Program-made: the position numbers and the translations under genes
In this document: positions 34,378 through 44,572 of the stretch, in pieces
Position numbering within the stretch: position 1 is the first letter of the stretch
How the letters are laid out: each line of letters begins with the position of its first letter
The notes under the pieces: generated by a model
What the model saw: the letters and a program-made list of their open reading frames with translations, nothing else
Database searches by the model: none
Told to the model about the DNA's origin: nothing
NCBI GenBank assembly: GCA_964187785.1
Contig: OZ076409.1
Location: forward strand, 36,706,001 to 36,770,000
From: Amphiscolops sp. MND2022
Lineage: Eukaryota
DNA: 64,000 nt
Direction: 5' to 3'

Positions 34378-36525
34378 ATGAAATTATTTTTCTTACTCTT
34401 CTTATGCGCCAATTTCGCGCCCGTTGTGAACTCACAACGTTCAACGCCAAACCTCGCTAGCGTTGCTAAAAAATTGCGAGTAACTCATTTCGACTGCGGC
34501 GAAATGACACAAAATAAGCTCTACGCCTTGAATCAAGTAGAGCAATGCAATGTGGCCCCGGAAAACTTAGAAGTAAGTCGTGCTAGCGTGACGTTATACA
34601 CTAAACACTTTCGTCGCACTATCAACGCTACTATGTGCCGTGTGAAACACCAGAGTGAAGAATGGCATTGTGGTCATAATGACCACTCCAGTATGTCAAT
34701 CCTACACAACGGAATCACCAGCGATATTTCCTTGTCACCCGAAACCTGTAAGGCCATGGGCGAAGGCAAAGAAGTCATGATCCATGGACAACCCCTCAAA
34801 TTTAAGAAAGGAGTCAAACAAGTACAGACGAGAAACGCCAAATACGGAAAAAGTTGGGATGGAGTACGTGACCCTGATACCCGTAATGAGTGCAAGACAG
34901 GCGGATGGATTAAACGCGAAACCTTCGAATCTCATATCCAAGACGTCGAATTATCAGTCAAAACCAGAGACGGGAAAATCCTCACACCCTTCCAGATGGT
35001 TCTCCCCTGCCCCCTGGAACAACTCGGCTGCGAAACCACGTCATTGGACCCGTACGCCTATACATGGGCAGAGCCAGATAACTGCGTGCTCGCAGTCCAC
35101 AGAAAAGAAATAGTGAATATGATCAAACATGGCTCTAACTACTATATAGTTAGCGGCAACGACTCCACTACCAAGTTCCTATTCGAAATATACAACAGGC
35201 CACAGAAATACTGCAACAAACCCGATGATGTCTACCCTACCAATTACGAATCCCTCTACGTTTCGACCCAATTTGGTGGCTTCGACATGACTTCTGGCAG
35301 ACGACTCGGCATCTCCATGGGAGAAACCTCCAAACTTCAATATTACTCACCCAACGATGGTTCTGGTAATGGCAGACTCCACCTCTTCAGAGGCCCCAGC
35401 GACTCCAACCCCAACACACCACATTATCTCAACATGGATTACGAACTCCACCAAGGAACCAAGTTAGATTATCTCTTCTTTGAGAGCACCCGCTTACTCG
35501 AAGCTTCAGAGATCCAGCTATTGAAAGCTCAATGTGAGCAAGAACGAACACAAATCCTTACCATCCTGATGTTATCCATGGAAAACCCACGACTCGCCGG
35601 ATACATGCTCACGGGAAATCGCTCGATGTTCCTGAACACAGATGGTAGCCTCGCATGGCTCTACCACTGCCCGGAATCCCACTCACCTCTTCACACGATG
35701 AACCAATGCTACGACCGCATACCAATCTTCTACAAGGGAGTGGTCGCCTTTGTAGACCCCATAACCCGACAAACATATCCTAACGCGAACGTACAAAACT
35801 GCACAGATCGTATTAAGAACCTCTTCCAACTGGACATGGAAGACAAGGACTCCTGGTTCACCCTTACACCTTCACCCGAACATCGGGACCGGCCTGCTAT
35901 CTTCGGACCCAAAGACATCCAGCCAATGATTACCAGATCTTTCCCAGGATCACAGGACGCGGGAATGTACACTCCCAAGCAACTCTCCGAGTTTTGGGAC
36001 AACATCCTCATCAGCGCCGCATCACGTAATGCCCTCCAGAAGTTCTCAAGAGAGCTCATCATACCCTCCATGGCCCACAGCGGACCAGAATCCTTCGCGT
36101 ATTACGCACCTCGTACAGATTTCTATGTCGACGGAATGATTTCACCCGACTACTTTAAAAATCAGTTCCTCGAAACATTCGGAAGTATATCTTATGTACT
36201 AGAACTCTGCGGAGCGTACTTTGGCGCTTTCCTTTTTATCAAGTTCGTCATAGATATCACGGTACTAGTCTTCCGCTACTTCGAACTTCGTCACCTTACA
36301 GGTAACACACTGAGCTTCACTAAAACCTTGCTCAGTGCTTCGTACAACCTTTTCTTTACCTCTGTTTTAACTTCCGTATTTACCCCGCGGGCCCCTTTCG
36401 AGGATAGCATTGAAGACAAAAGGGTAAAAACAGAAGACGAAGAAAAAGGAGTAGAACTCCAAATCCTAAAACAAAAAGAGGAATCACTATATCCCTCGGT
36501 ACAGAGCTTTGTTGCTCCAATATGA
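34378..36525 (+). CDS. env: Envelope glycoprotein (715 aa), chuvirus-G/herpes-gB-like class III fusogen candidate
   Basis: Signal peptide and a Cys-rich ectodomain (HFDC, C-x8-HCG, CEQER...P..A..L, CYDRIPI...FVDPITR). N-glycosylation sequons are present, with a C-terminal TM at about 36196-36273. Confidence 0.85.
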   Translation: MKLFFLLFLCANFAPVVNSQRSTPNLASVAKKLRVTHFDCGEMTQNKLYALNQVEQCNVAPENLEVSRASVTLYTKHFRRTINATMCRVKHQSEEWHCGHNDHSSMSILHNGITSDISLSPETCKAMGEGKEVMIHGQPLKFKKGVKQVQTRNAKYGKSWDGVRDPDTRNECKTGGWIKRETFESHIQDVELSVKTRDGKILTPFQMVLPCPLEQLGCETTSLDPYAYTWAEPDNCVLAVHRKEIVNMIKHGSNYYIVSGNDSTTKFLFEIYNRPQKYCNKPDDVYPTNYESLYVSTQFGGFDMTSGRRLGISMGETSKLQYYSPNDGSGNGRLHLFRGPSDSNPNTPHYLNMDYELHQGTKLDYLFFESTRLLEASEIQLLKAQCEQERTQILTILMLSMENPRLAGYMLTGNRSMFLNTDGSLAWLYHCPESHSPLHTMNQCYDRIPIFYKGVVAFVDPITRQTYPNANVQNCTDRIKNLFQLDMEDKDSWFTLTPSPEHRDRPAIFGPKDIQPMITRSFPGSQDAGMYTPKQLSEFWDNILISAASRNALQKFSRELIIPSMAHSGPESFAYYAPRTDFYVDGMISPDYFKNQFLETFGSISYVLELCGAYFGAFLFIKFVIDITVLVFRYFELRHLTGNTLSFTKTLLSASYNLFFTSVLTSVFTPRAPFEDSIEDKRVKTEDEEKGVELQILKQKEESLYPSVQSFVAPI

Positions 36526-36556
36526 ATTATTATCTCATTTCGTAGTTTACGTTTAG

Positions 36557-37159
36557 AATTTAGAACCCTTATTCGACCTCCCAAACCTGGACGACGACAT
36601 CCCTAACTCTATCTTAGAAGACGACTTGCAGATAGAACCCTTATCACCTTCTGACCTGCTGTCACCTGCTTCTCCCACAACTATTACCTTTCTCCTAGAT
36701 CCCCCAGACTCAACAGTTCCTTCTCCGATTCCAAGCGCCCTAACAACAACACCCTCTCCAACGACATCACTACAACTCCCCTTTCCGCTGTCATTTACAG
36801 AAGAGGTAGCGCCTATCCCATCAACTCAACATCCACCTCGATCGCCCCAACATCCACCCCGCTTCGGCGGAAAAGACATAAGACGGGCACTACCCAGGAA
36901 ACACCAACAACAATGGAATGACAAAATAACAGATGACACGCCACTGAAGAAACAACACAAGCGGGAGTACTTCACTAAACGAGCAAGACACGTTAAGAAG
37001 CCCAGATTCAACACAGAGTTGAAATACACTCTCCTCCCACAATTCTCAACTTGGAAAATCGTTTTCTGGGATAACAAGAGACAAGAGTACACCATAGAGA
37101 ACCCAGCCCTAAAGGGACAAAGACTAACGGTCCCCCTAAGAGCCATCTCAGCACAATGA
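36557..37159 (+). CDS. Pro/Ser/Thr-rich ORF with basic C-terminal half, no ATG (possibly spliced)
   Basis: The frame is open from 36557, right after tttacgtttag (acceptor-like). Its stop overlaps the TRAF ORF start (ATGA). Confidence 0.45.
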   Translation, partial: NLEPLFDLPNLDDDIPNSILEDDLQIEPLSPSDLLSPASPTTITFLLDPPDSTVPSPIPSALTTTPSPTTSLQLPFPLSFTEEVAPIPSTQHPPRSPQHPPRFGGKDIRRALPRKHQQQWNDKITDDTPLKKQHKREYFTKRARHVKKPRFNTELKYTLLPQFSTWKIVFWDNKRQEYTIENPALKGQRLTVPLRAISAQ

Positions 37160-38058
37160 ATCGGAGGCTAAACCCAGACGCTATCCCCTTCATCCCAAAA
37201 AGCACTCCTTCCTTCCCCAAAGCTAACGACTGGCCACCTCTATCCAGGACAGAGAATAAAGATGACCTCGAGACACTCGAGGGAATCAAAAGATTGAACA
37301 AATGGATCGCTGAACTGGAAGTCTCAACTAGCCCACAAAGTGAAAAGGTAACCCCGATCCTAAGGAAATCGTTTCCCATAACCGACATAAAACAGCCTAG
37401 AACAAAGTTTGCTAGTGAAATGAAACAACTCCAAAACTTGGCAGAAGAAACGCGGACTAAATGTAATCACTTGGAACTCACAATATCCAATCTACAAGCG
37501 ACAATCAAGTTTCAAGGCGCCCTACTCAACAAAACCAACGTATTAGACGCAAGAAGTGGTGAACCCATCCTTTGGCACATACCCGCTTTTTCCACACTAT
37601 ACAGAAAAGCAAAGACCTCCCCGAATGATGCGTTGAACAACATCAAAAATAGCTTCACTAGCCCTATCTACACTACCCACCTAACCGGCTGCAAAATATC
37701 CCTCAGACTATTCCCTTATGGCGCCAACATCTTCCGCGGAACCCATTCCTCAATTTCTTGTGATCTACACCCCAGCGACTTCACTCTCCCACGAACGTGG
37801 CCTTTCGAGCAACAATTGATCGTCTCAATCATAGACCAAAAAGACAAGAACAACAAATGGTCCATCTCCTTTCCCTATCCCTCCAAAACAGAAGAGTATG
37901 AAGACCCGCACAAGAACGACTACACACTCCCAGGACTGATGAGAGAAGACTTCATCGCGCACACAAAACTCCTGGTAAACTTTAGAGAAGCCTTCCTAAA
38001 CAATGACTCCGTCATAATCCAAATTCAATTTGACAGACCCCTTTTTTCTAAACCCTAG
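37156..38058 (+). CDS. PAM2 - coiled coil - TRAF/MATH domain protein (300 aa)
   Basis: LNPDAIPFIP (PAM2), a heptad segment, then ILWHI...SPIYT...GCKISLRLFPYG...GTH.S...WPF.Q.....IIDQ...FL.NDSVIIQI, matching the TRAF-C consensus. No RING or zinc fingers. Confidence 0.88.
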   Translation: MNRRLNPDAIPFIPKSTPSFPKANDWPPLSRTENKDDLETLEGIKRLNKWIAELEVSTSPQSEKVTPILRKSFPITDIKQPRTKFASEMKQLQNLAEETRTKCNHLELTISNLQATIKFQGALLNKTNVLDARSGEPILWHIPAFSTLYRKAKTSPNDALNNIKNSFTSPIYTTHLTGCKISLRLFPYGANIFRGTHSSISCDLHPSDFTLPRTWPFEQQLIVSIIDQKDKNNKWSISFPYPSKTEEYEDPHKNDYTLPGLMREDFIAHTKLLVNFREAFLNNDSVIIQIQFDRPLFSKP

Positions 38059-38160
38059 TGCTAAAACATGTCCCCCTTCCCTCATGCTCTTTCACCTAAT
38101 ACCTCTTTCTTGACCTGACCCCAAATTTCTCTAGTAAAGTTGTTGCTTTTTCACCCTGCC

Positions 38161-38172
38161 AGGGGGGTGAGC
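38161..38172 (+). promoter_or_regulatory. Polypurine tract
   Basis: AGGGGGGTGAGC lies immediately before the 3' LTR. Confidence 0.75.
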
Positions 38173-39677
38173 TGTCGCGCTATGACTAACGCTCTAACGA
38201 ATCACCAAAAGGCGCTTTCTATTATAAAAAATAACACGTGCAAAGAGAAACATAAAACTTGAACTAACGTTGTGTGGAGAGTGGAAAGTTGAAGTAAATA
38301 TGGCGGCGGCCATAACGCGGCGGCCTCGAAGTGGAGTAATAAGTAATGGAATACTACGGGAAAGGAATTGCACTAGTGAAAATTTCTATTTCTTACCGCG
38401 GATATTTGAATTTTAAAGCTGAGCTACCATTGGTAGCATGCAACACATGCCGGCCAGGCACTTCAACAGCTGTGCTGAACTGTTTTTATACCGCGCGCAC
38501 AGGCTGGAGATTCATTCATTCCCGCCGGACGGCTGAGCTCAACTTACAGCTCTCTCTCTCTCTCTCTTCAACTTATCAATTCCTCTACTTCTCTTACACT
38601 TACTCTCCCCCTTCTCCCCCTCGACTCTTATTCTCCACTTTCTCTTTGCTTACATTGCACTTGTCTTATCTCAGACTTATAAAGTCAAACTTTCCTCCTT
38701 TTCTCCCTTTCCTCAAGCAAAAACTTATCTTTTCCTTTTCTCTATTCCCCAACAGAATTTTCTATCTTAGAAAATTCTCTTCAATTCAACTTGGTCTCCA
38801 GTTGGGTGAGTCGAAAATATCTTAGATTTTTTCTTTTAGAGGAGATTTTTTACTCTCCCTCCTTCTAACTAAACTCTATCTTAGAATAATTCCGCTGATT
38901 CAATTCTGCGGATTCTATCTTATAATAATTCCGCTGATTTAATTCTGCGGTTGTTAAAATTCTATCTTAGAATAATTCTGCTGATTTAATTCTGCGGTTT
39001 TCCCCTGTTAACTTATTTGTCTTTACCATTCCCATATTCAAAAAAAAAAAAAAAGATGCTATTCCTAAAGTCTTAATGCTATTCCTAAAACAAAGGAGTA
39101 GAGACTATAAAATTAAATAGTGTTGTCTAAGTTATTACAACACCAAAACTGGATTTTTCGTAAAAAAACTTTCTTCGAACTAAAGGAAATTACTATGAAT
39201 TTCCTTCGATGCTAAATTTCTTCATCAATTTATGCTCTAAATTGAAATAGCTAAGATATTACTTCGGTTGCTGGCAAATAAATTTGGTGAGTTTGACTGA
39301 ATACTTGTAAACAGTTGAATAAAAACTGATATGTCTGAAGTTCAACTCTTTTATGTAATTCAACAAGTTTGCTAACATATGTTTTTTTTTCTATAGTTCA
39401 GAGAGCTCATTTACATTCACTGCCTTGCACTTACTCACGCAAGTTCCTTTGTTCGCACGTACACGCAAGGCACTTTCTTTTCGGTATTACAAAAAAGAAA
39501 TTAAGTTATTGAGACTTTTCTACTTGTTCTACTTCAATAAAACAACAGTTGTTGGAAAAGCATTTTGCCAAATGTTGTAACAGCTGGGCTGACTAATACG
39601 GATAACAAATTTGGAATTCCCCTCTAAAAGAGGAAACTGTAAAATAGCAGAACTGAAATTTATCCATGCGTGCGACA
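38173..39677 (+). repeat. 3' LTR (1505 bp)
   Basis: Direct repeat of 21870-23373, followed by the TSD CAAT. Confidence 0.97.
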
Positions 39678-39831
39678 CAATGTATTTTAGAAAACTTCTG
39701 ATAGAAATCGTGCAAGATCTAGCGAGTACAAATCGTTTCATTTGCATTGAATGGTTTTTAAAAAGATCCAAAACGAGCATTATCAAAACATGTTATCCAA
39801 TGTGTTATCGAAAACAATATTGCGTCATTAC

Positions 39832-40087
39832 CACGACTGGATTCTCGTCTCGTATGTCTGGAATCGTGTATGACCCATCTCTGGGGGTGACCCATTCAAC
39901 CTGGATGACCTCATTAGAATCAGACTCGGCTGCACACCTGAGCTCCAGGGTCTGACCTATGAGCACATTAAGACTGGAGTGTCCAGGGTAGAACTCAGTG
40001 ATGACCGGGATCACACAGGTCAGGTCATCTTCACTCATACCTGCCAACTTCTCACCCTTCAGGTCACTTGGGTACAAACATGTGACC
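39832..40087 (-). CDS. LRR-Ig-FN3 receptor gene, end of LRRCT and first half of Ig
   Basis: Encodes VTCLYPSDLKG...LTC...GQTLELRCAA...VEWVTP, with ttccag and gtaatg boundaries. Confidence 0.88.
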
Positions 40088-41398
40088 CTGGAAAGAAATG
40101 AAACTCTGTAGTTTCTGTATCTGCATTTTCCAAACAGGCACCGAGGTGAAAGAAATTAGATGTAAAGTCTCTGTGCATTTTTCGTGTATTTCGCACTATG
40201 CTACAAATGTAGTTAAAAATCACTCAAAAGACTTGTGGGTCTGAGCTACATGTGATCAACCTCTCTGAATCCATTCAAGTATCAGTAGACCAGCACTTTA
40301 GAAAATGCATCTAACTCTGAATCCTTCGAAAACCAAACTCTTACTATAGTAATATGATAACCCATATTAAAGCTACGCCGATTCATCTTCATGCCGTTTG
40401 CCTTTTTTGCACGGATTCCTTATGGGAAACAAAAAATCCTTATGGGAAACAAAAAATTATCTTTCAGACTCGTTTTTTTTTCTAAATTTTCGGCGTTCCG
40501 ATTTCTTACCCATAAGATAGAGCTTTTTCCACAGAAGTCAACTAGATAGACTCATTGAATATGTTTTGGCGGAGATGATTGAACATTTGAAAAAGAGTGC
40601 CTGGGTTAGAAATAGCTTCAAAAGTCTCAAAATAATCCAAAACAAGTTTTGGCCGTTTTACACAATTTTGTTATATATACAATTTGAAACTTGAATATCC
40701 ACGTGTTGGACCTGTGGATTTGAACGACAGAACAATGTAGCTGTTCAAGTATAGCATTCGGACAAATTTCTGACGACGAAATTTCTGGCGACGAAATTTC
40801 CGCCTCCCTTTGAAATGATTCGTGTGAGTGAATTTCGATTTAATTTTTCAGGCCAACCTGTTGTTTTTCACACGGAAAACGCTGAGACAAGAAAAAAGGC
40901 CCTTATGAAACGACTTTCCAGAGAATTAGGTTAGATTGACCAATTTTCAAACTAGTTCAAAGAATGTTGCCAAGACAAAAAGCGAAAGCACAAAAACTTT
41001 TCACCTGCTTCAAGATATTCAAGAAACTAAACACCTAGCTACTAAATGTGCTTTCCTAATGCAGTTGTTAATGCGTATGAAGATGAAAAAGGAATTAGAT
41101 GAACCTTTTTGATCAGATTTTTTAGTGGGTTGTTTGTTCAAATACATTCATTTTTCGAAATTACCTTGAAATCAACATAATCCCATGCTATTCATAAGTT
41201 ATAGAACAAATTATCTTCCAAGCTCTGATTCGAGATTCGAATAGATTCAAGTTTCAAGATTGGAATTACAAAGATTGGAAATCGAATAGATTAAGGACTG
41301 AAAACCCACTGTTTAGATTTTTAGATTATTCACAATTTTAACCTTCCTTTCTGAGAGACAAGTTTATTCGATACGATTAATGAAGTATTTAGTCTAAC

Positions 41399-41667
41399 CC
41401 ATCGGCAGCCATGTGCACACTGGATATATAAATCAATAAAGGTAAAATTGCGCAATCGCAGTTTAGGGGGTTGTCATCTAGCCAGTTCCAGTGAGCACCT
41501 GCGTACGAGAAGTGGAATTGAGAGAGACTGCTGGCCACTGATTGGAGAACATTTTCGGGCACTGTGCTGATCTGATTGGATGATAGATCCAACAGACTCA
41601 GGGATTGTAGACTGCTAAATACTGCAAAGTCCAAAGTCTCGATCTTGTTGCCGCGGAATCTTGCCTC
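41399..41667 (-). CDS. LRR-Ig-FN3 receptor gene, LRR and LRRCT exon
   Basis: Encodes LQSLSLLDLSSNQISTVP...LDDNPLNCDC. Phases fit the neighbouring exons. Confidence 0.88.
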
Positions 41668-42022
41668 CTGGAAAATAGATTTGTCATCAAAAATGCTCGA
41701 GCGCCCAATTTGAAAAGTTGAAATCTAATTGGTTGAAAAAGCCTAAATTGATGATAAAATTATGAGACAGAAAACTTTAGCCTTAGAGAGTTTGATTCGC
41801 AATGAAATTTGTGAAACCTCAGGAATCATTTTAATAAAAAGATGGAGACTCAAGCTGCTCCGTTTTATTATTTGTTTGAAAAGTGAGAAAAGTACATTAT
41901 ATGTGAACAATTTTTTTTCCGTAGAGATATATGTTGTATTTTAATTTTAGTGTAATTAATATTGTTTTTCTTATTTTTTCTTTCATACGTCTGTATATAC
42001 GATTAATATGCGTTTTCATATA

Positions 42023-42254
42023 CAGTTTAACTTCAGTATTACACACCTCGTTGGGAGAAAACGCTCAAGTACGTTACCGTTTAACTTCAGTATTACACAC
42101 CTCGTTGGGAGAAAACGCTCAAGTACGTTATTCTGAAGTGTGTGTTATAAGCGAAAAAGACCAAATGATGAAAACCAAACACGGGGGCACAAAATATGTG
42201 CGTTATTCTGAAGGTTACACTATAGTGCACGTGTGTGATACTGAAGTTAAACTG
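42023..42254. mobile_element. Tc1/mariner-type MITE
   Basis: TIR of about 24 bp, CAGTTTAACTTCAGTAT(T/C)ACACAC, with TA on both sides and an internal tandem duplication of about 54 bp. Confidence 0.85.
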
Positions 42255-42272
42255 TATCAAACTTGTAAGTAC

Positions 42273-42634
42273 CTTCAGCTTCGAATTATGTTTGAAATAC
42301 GATGACTTTAATATCTTCAAATTGTTATCTGAGAAATCGAGGTACTGCAAATCCTTCAGGTAGCCCAAGTTAGGAAACGTTGTTAAAGAGTTTCCAGCTA
42401 GGTTCAGGATTTCAATGGCTCTGTTCATCTTGAAGATCTCGAAGGGGATTCCTAGCATGAAATTGTTGCTAAGATCAAGTTTCTGAATATCAGTGTTCGT
42501 TTCCAGGGATTCTTCGTGGATAACCAGGTTGGCCATTTTCACCACATTTTCCAGGTACAAATACCTTAAACTGGGAAACCCCCCGAAGAAGTTTGGACCA
42601 ATCACATTGATTGGGTTTCCACTCATGTCTAACA
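42273..42634 (-). CDS. LRR-Ig-FN3 receptor gene, LRR exon
   Basis: Repeated LxxLxLxxN motifs (LDMSGN, LDLSNN, LNLAGN, LDFSDN), with AG/GT ends. Confidence 0.9.
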
Positions 42635-42834
42635 CTGAAACAAACTTTCGATTATAAACAAGAGCTCATTATTCCATTCATAATTGCTTTTTTTCTAGCG
42701 TTTGTCGAAGTATTTTAACTTTTTCAAACTATGGAGTCTCAGCTGCGGTTACAATATGGAATATTTGAAAACAAAATAGCCTGAAACTCACAGCTTTTCT
42801 TTTTAGTTATGTTTTCTCGGCCAATCTACTGTTT

Positions 42835-43341
42835 TTACTCGGCGCCATTTAGTAGAAAATGAGTCCGACTCTTACAGTGGGCGATTTTTTTGGACGCGCG
42901 TGGTCCACTTTTTTGTTCATTTGTTCAACAACAAAAACTTGAACGACGGATGTTCAAAATATACTCGAAACGTCAGAAACTCATCCAAAACAAAAAAAAC
43001 GACATCCAGAACCTCAAAAACACTAAGGATCTCTCCTTTGGCTATCTTGGTGTTTTTCATTTGGATTTTTTTCGGCACTATGAGACTTTTTGCAACAAAA
43101 TGGATGCTAAAAAACCCAAAGGGTCCTCCCTTTTACATTTTTCGTCACTGTGAAACTGTTCAAAATTCTCAATTTTCGGTTTTCTTCCAAAAACTTTTAT
43201 TGTCTCCAAAGGGTCCCCCTTCATTTTTTCCAAATTTTGCCACAAACTGGTTTCACAAAGCCCAAACTTTTATAGTTTTACAAACGTTGCGCTTTTTGAG
43301 CCTTAGATATAGTCCCGACTTTGGCCGTTCCCTGCTTGTTT
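42835..43341 (+). mobile_element. Helentron/HINE-like repeat copy
   Basis: Same family as 4298-4858 and 61901-62400, in opposite orientation to the latter. Confidence 0.6.
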
Positions 43342-43587
43342 TGTCGTATCTACAGAGCAAACGTGAGTCTTTAGAAATTCAACTATTAGAGATGATAGGA
43401 AAGTATCCAAATACGTTTTAAATTATTCAATCGGAAACGTTTCAGTGAGGTCCATGATGTCACGAACAAATAAAATCTCAATTTTAATACCTTGCTTCAG
43501 TTTGTTTTCAAAGTTAAATGTCAGAAGCTCGAATTTTAAAAAAAATTCACAAAGTATACCACTTGAATTAGCAGAAGTCGTTCAAAC

Positions 43588-43821
43588 CTTCAACTTTGGA
43601 ATGGAACTTCATGGAGTTAGTTCCGGGTGCCTTCTTCAATAAGTTGTGATTGAGGTACAAATGGGACAGGTTGGATATTGTGGTGAAACTGTCATCTTCC
43701 ACTATTGATATTTTGTTAGACTGCAGAAACAGGTTCTTGATTTCTGACACCCCACTCAAGTAGGTCTCCTTGAACGTCTCCAGCTGATTCGAACTCAAAT
43801 CAAGGGTATCCAAAGAGAGTC
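43588..43821 (-). CDS. LRR-Ig-FN3 receptor gene, LRR exon
   Basis: Encodes LDLSSNQL, LFLQSNKI and LYLNHNLL; phase 1/1. Confidence 0.88.
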
Positions 43822-44247
43822 CTTTTGACAGAAATTCGAAAACATTACGTCATCTTCGTGGCGAATAATTTTTTATTTAAATTTGATTATTTTCACACGA
43901 GGTGGATCTCATGAGGACTGAATGAACTTCCAAAAAACAAACCGTATTTTCGTTGGACTTAGAAAAGAATTTTTAAAAATGTTTGAAAAACTAATTGAAC
44001 AAGGTTTACTTGTAAATTGAAGAAGGTTCTTCTGATGATCCGTTTTCGACCATTTTCAAGAATTCGAGAACGAATTATACCTATAGTAAGCATTAATGCG
44101 CACACAGTAAGACTTGAAACTTCAGCGCCCGTAATCAGTACCACAAAATCAGCTTGACGTAGTCTTGAATGGAACATTAACAGATCATTACTAGCACGCA
44201 GCCTGAATGTCATCTACATTAGTCACTTGTCATTTTCTAATTCCTGC

Positions 44248-44572
44248 CTTTGAAACAACCAGTCCCGATTTTGGCGATTCTGTTGTTACTCAAGTCAATC
44301 TTGGTCAACTTCTTGTTGTTTCTGAACACGTTGTCTCCCAAAGTGAGGCTTTGATGTTTCTGGCATTTGAAAACCTGAAGTTCTTTCAGGTCTGCGAAGT
44401 TATCTTCTGACATGAATGTTATCAAAGTTTCTTCCATGCTCAAGAATTTTGTCCATGGGGGAATGTTTTTTGGGAAAAACGTGATTTCTTTGCCTTGACA
44501 TTCCACAACTCCTTTTGTTTTTGAACAGTGACATTTTTCAGGGCAAGCACGCGTCTGGATGATAAGAGTAAC
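44248..44572 (-). CDS. LRR-Ig-FN3 receptor gene (LRRN/LRFN/LRIT-type architecture), LRRNT exon; the signal-peptide exon upstream was not located
   Basis: Encodes CLPEKCHCS...VECQGKEITFFPKNIP (LRRNT) followed by LRRs. ttttag acceptor; the donor appears to be GC. Confidence 0.82.

Larger units (their letters stand above)
21870..39677 (+). mobile_element. 17.8-kb env-bearing Ty3/Gypsy LTR element (endogenous retrovirus-like), apparently intact
   Basis: Paired 1.5-kb LTRs (TGTCGC...GCGACA), 4-bp TSD CAAT (21866-21869 and 39678-39681), PBS, PPT, and uninterrupted gag, pol (PR-RT-RH-IN order) and env. Confidence 0.97.

Noticed and set aside
42890..43421. ORFs of 87 and 173 aa
   Set aside because: They lie within the dispersed HINE-like repeat and show no protein motifs.
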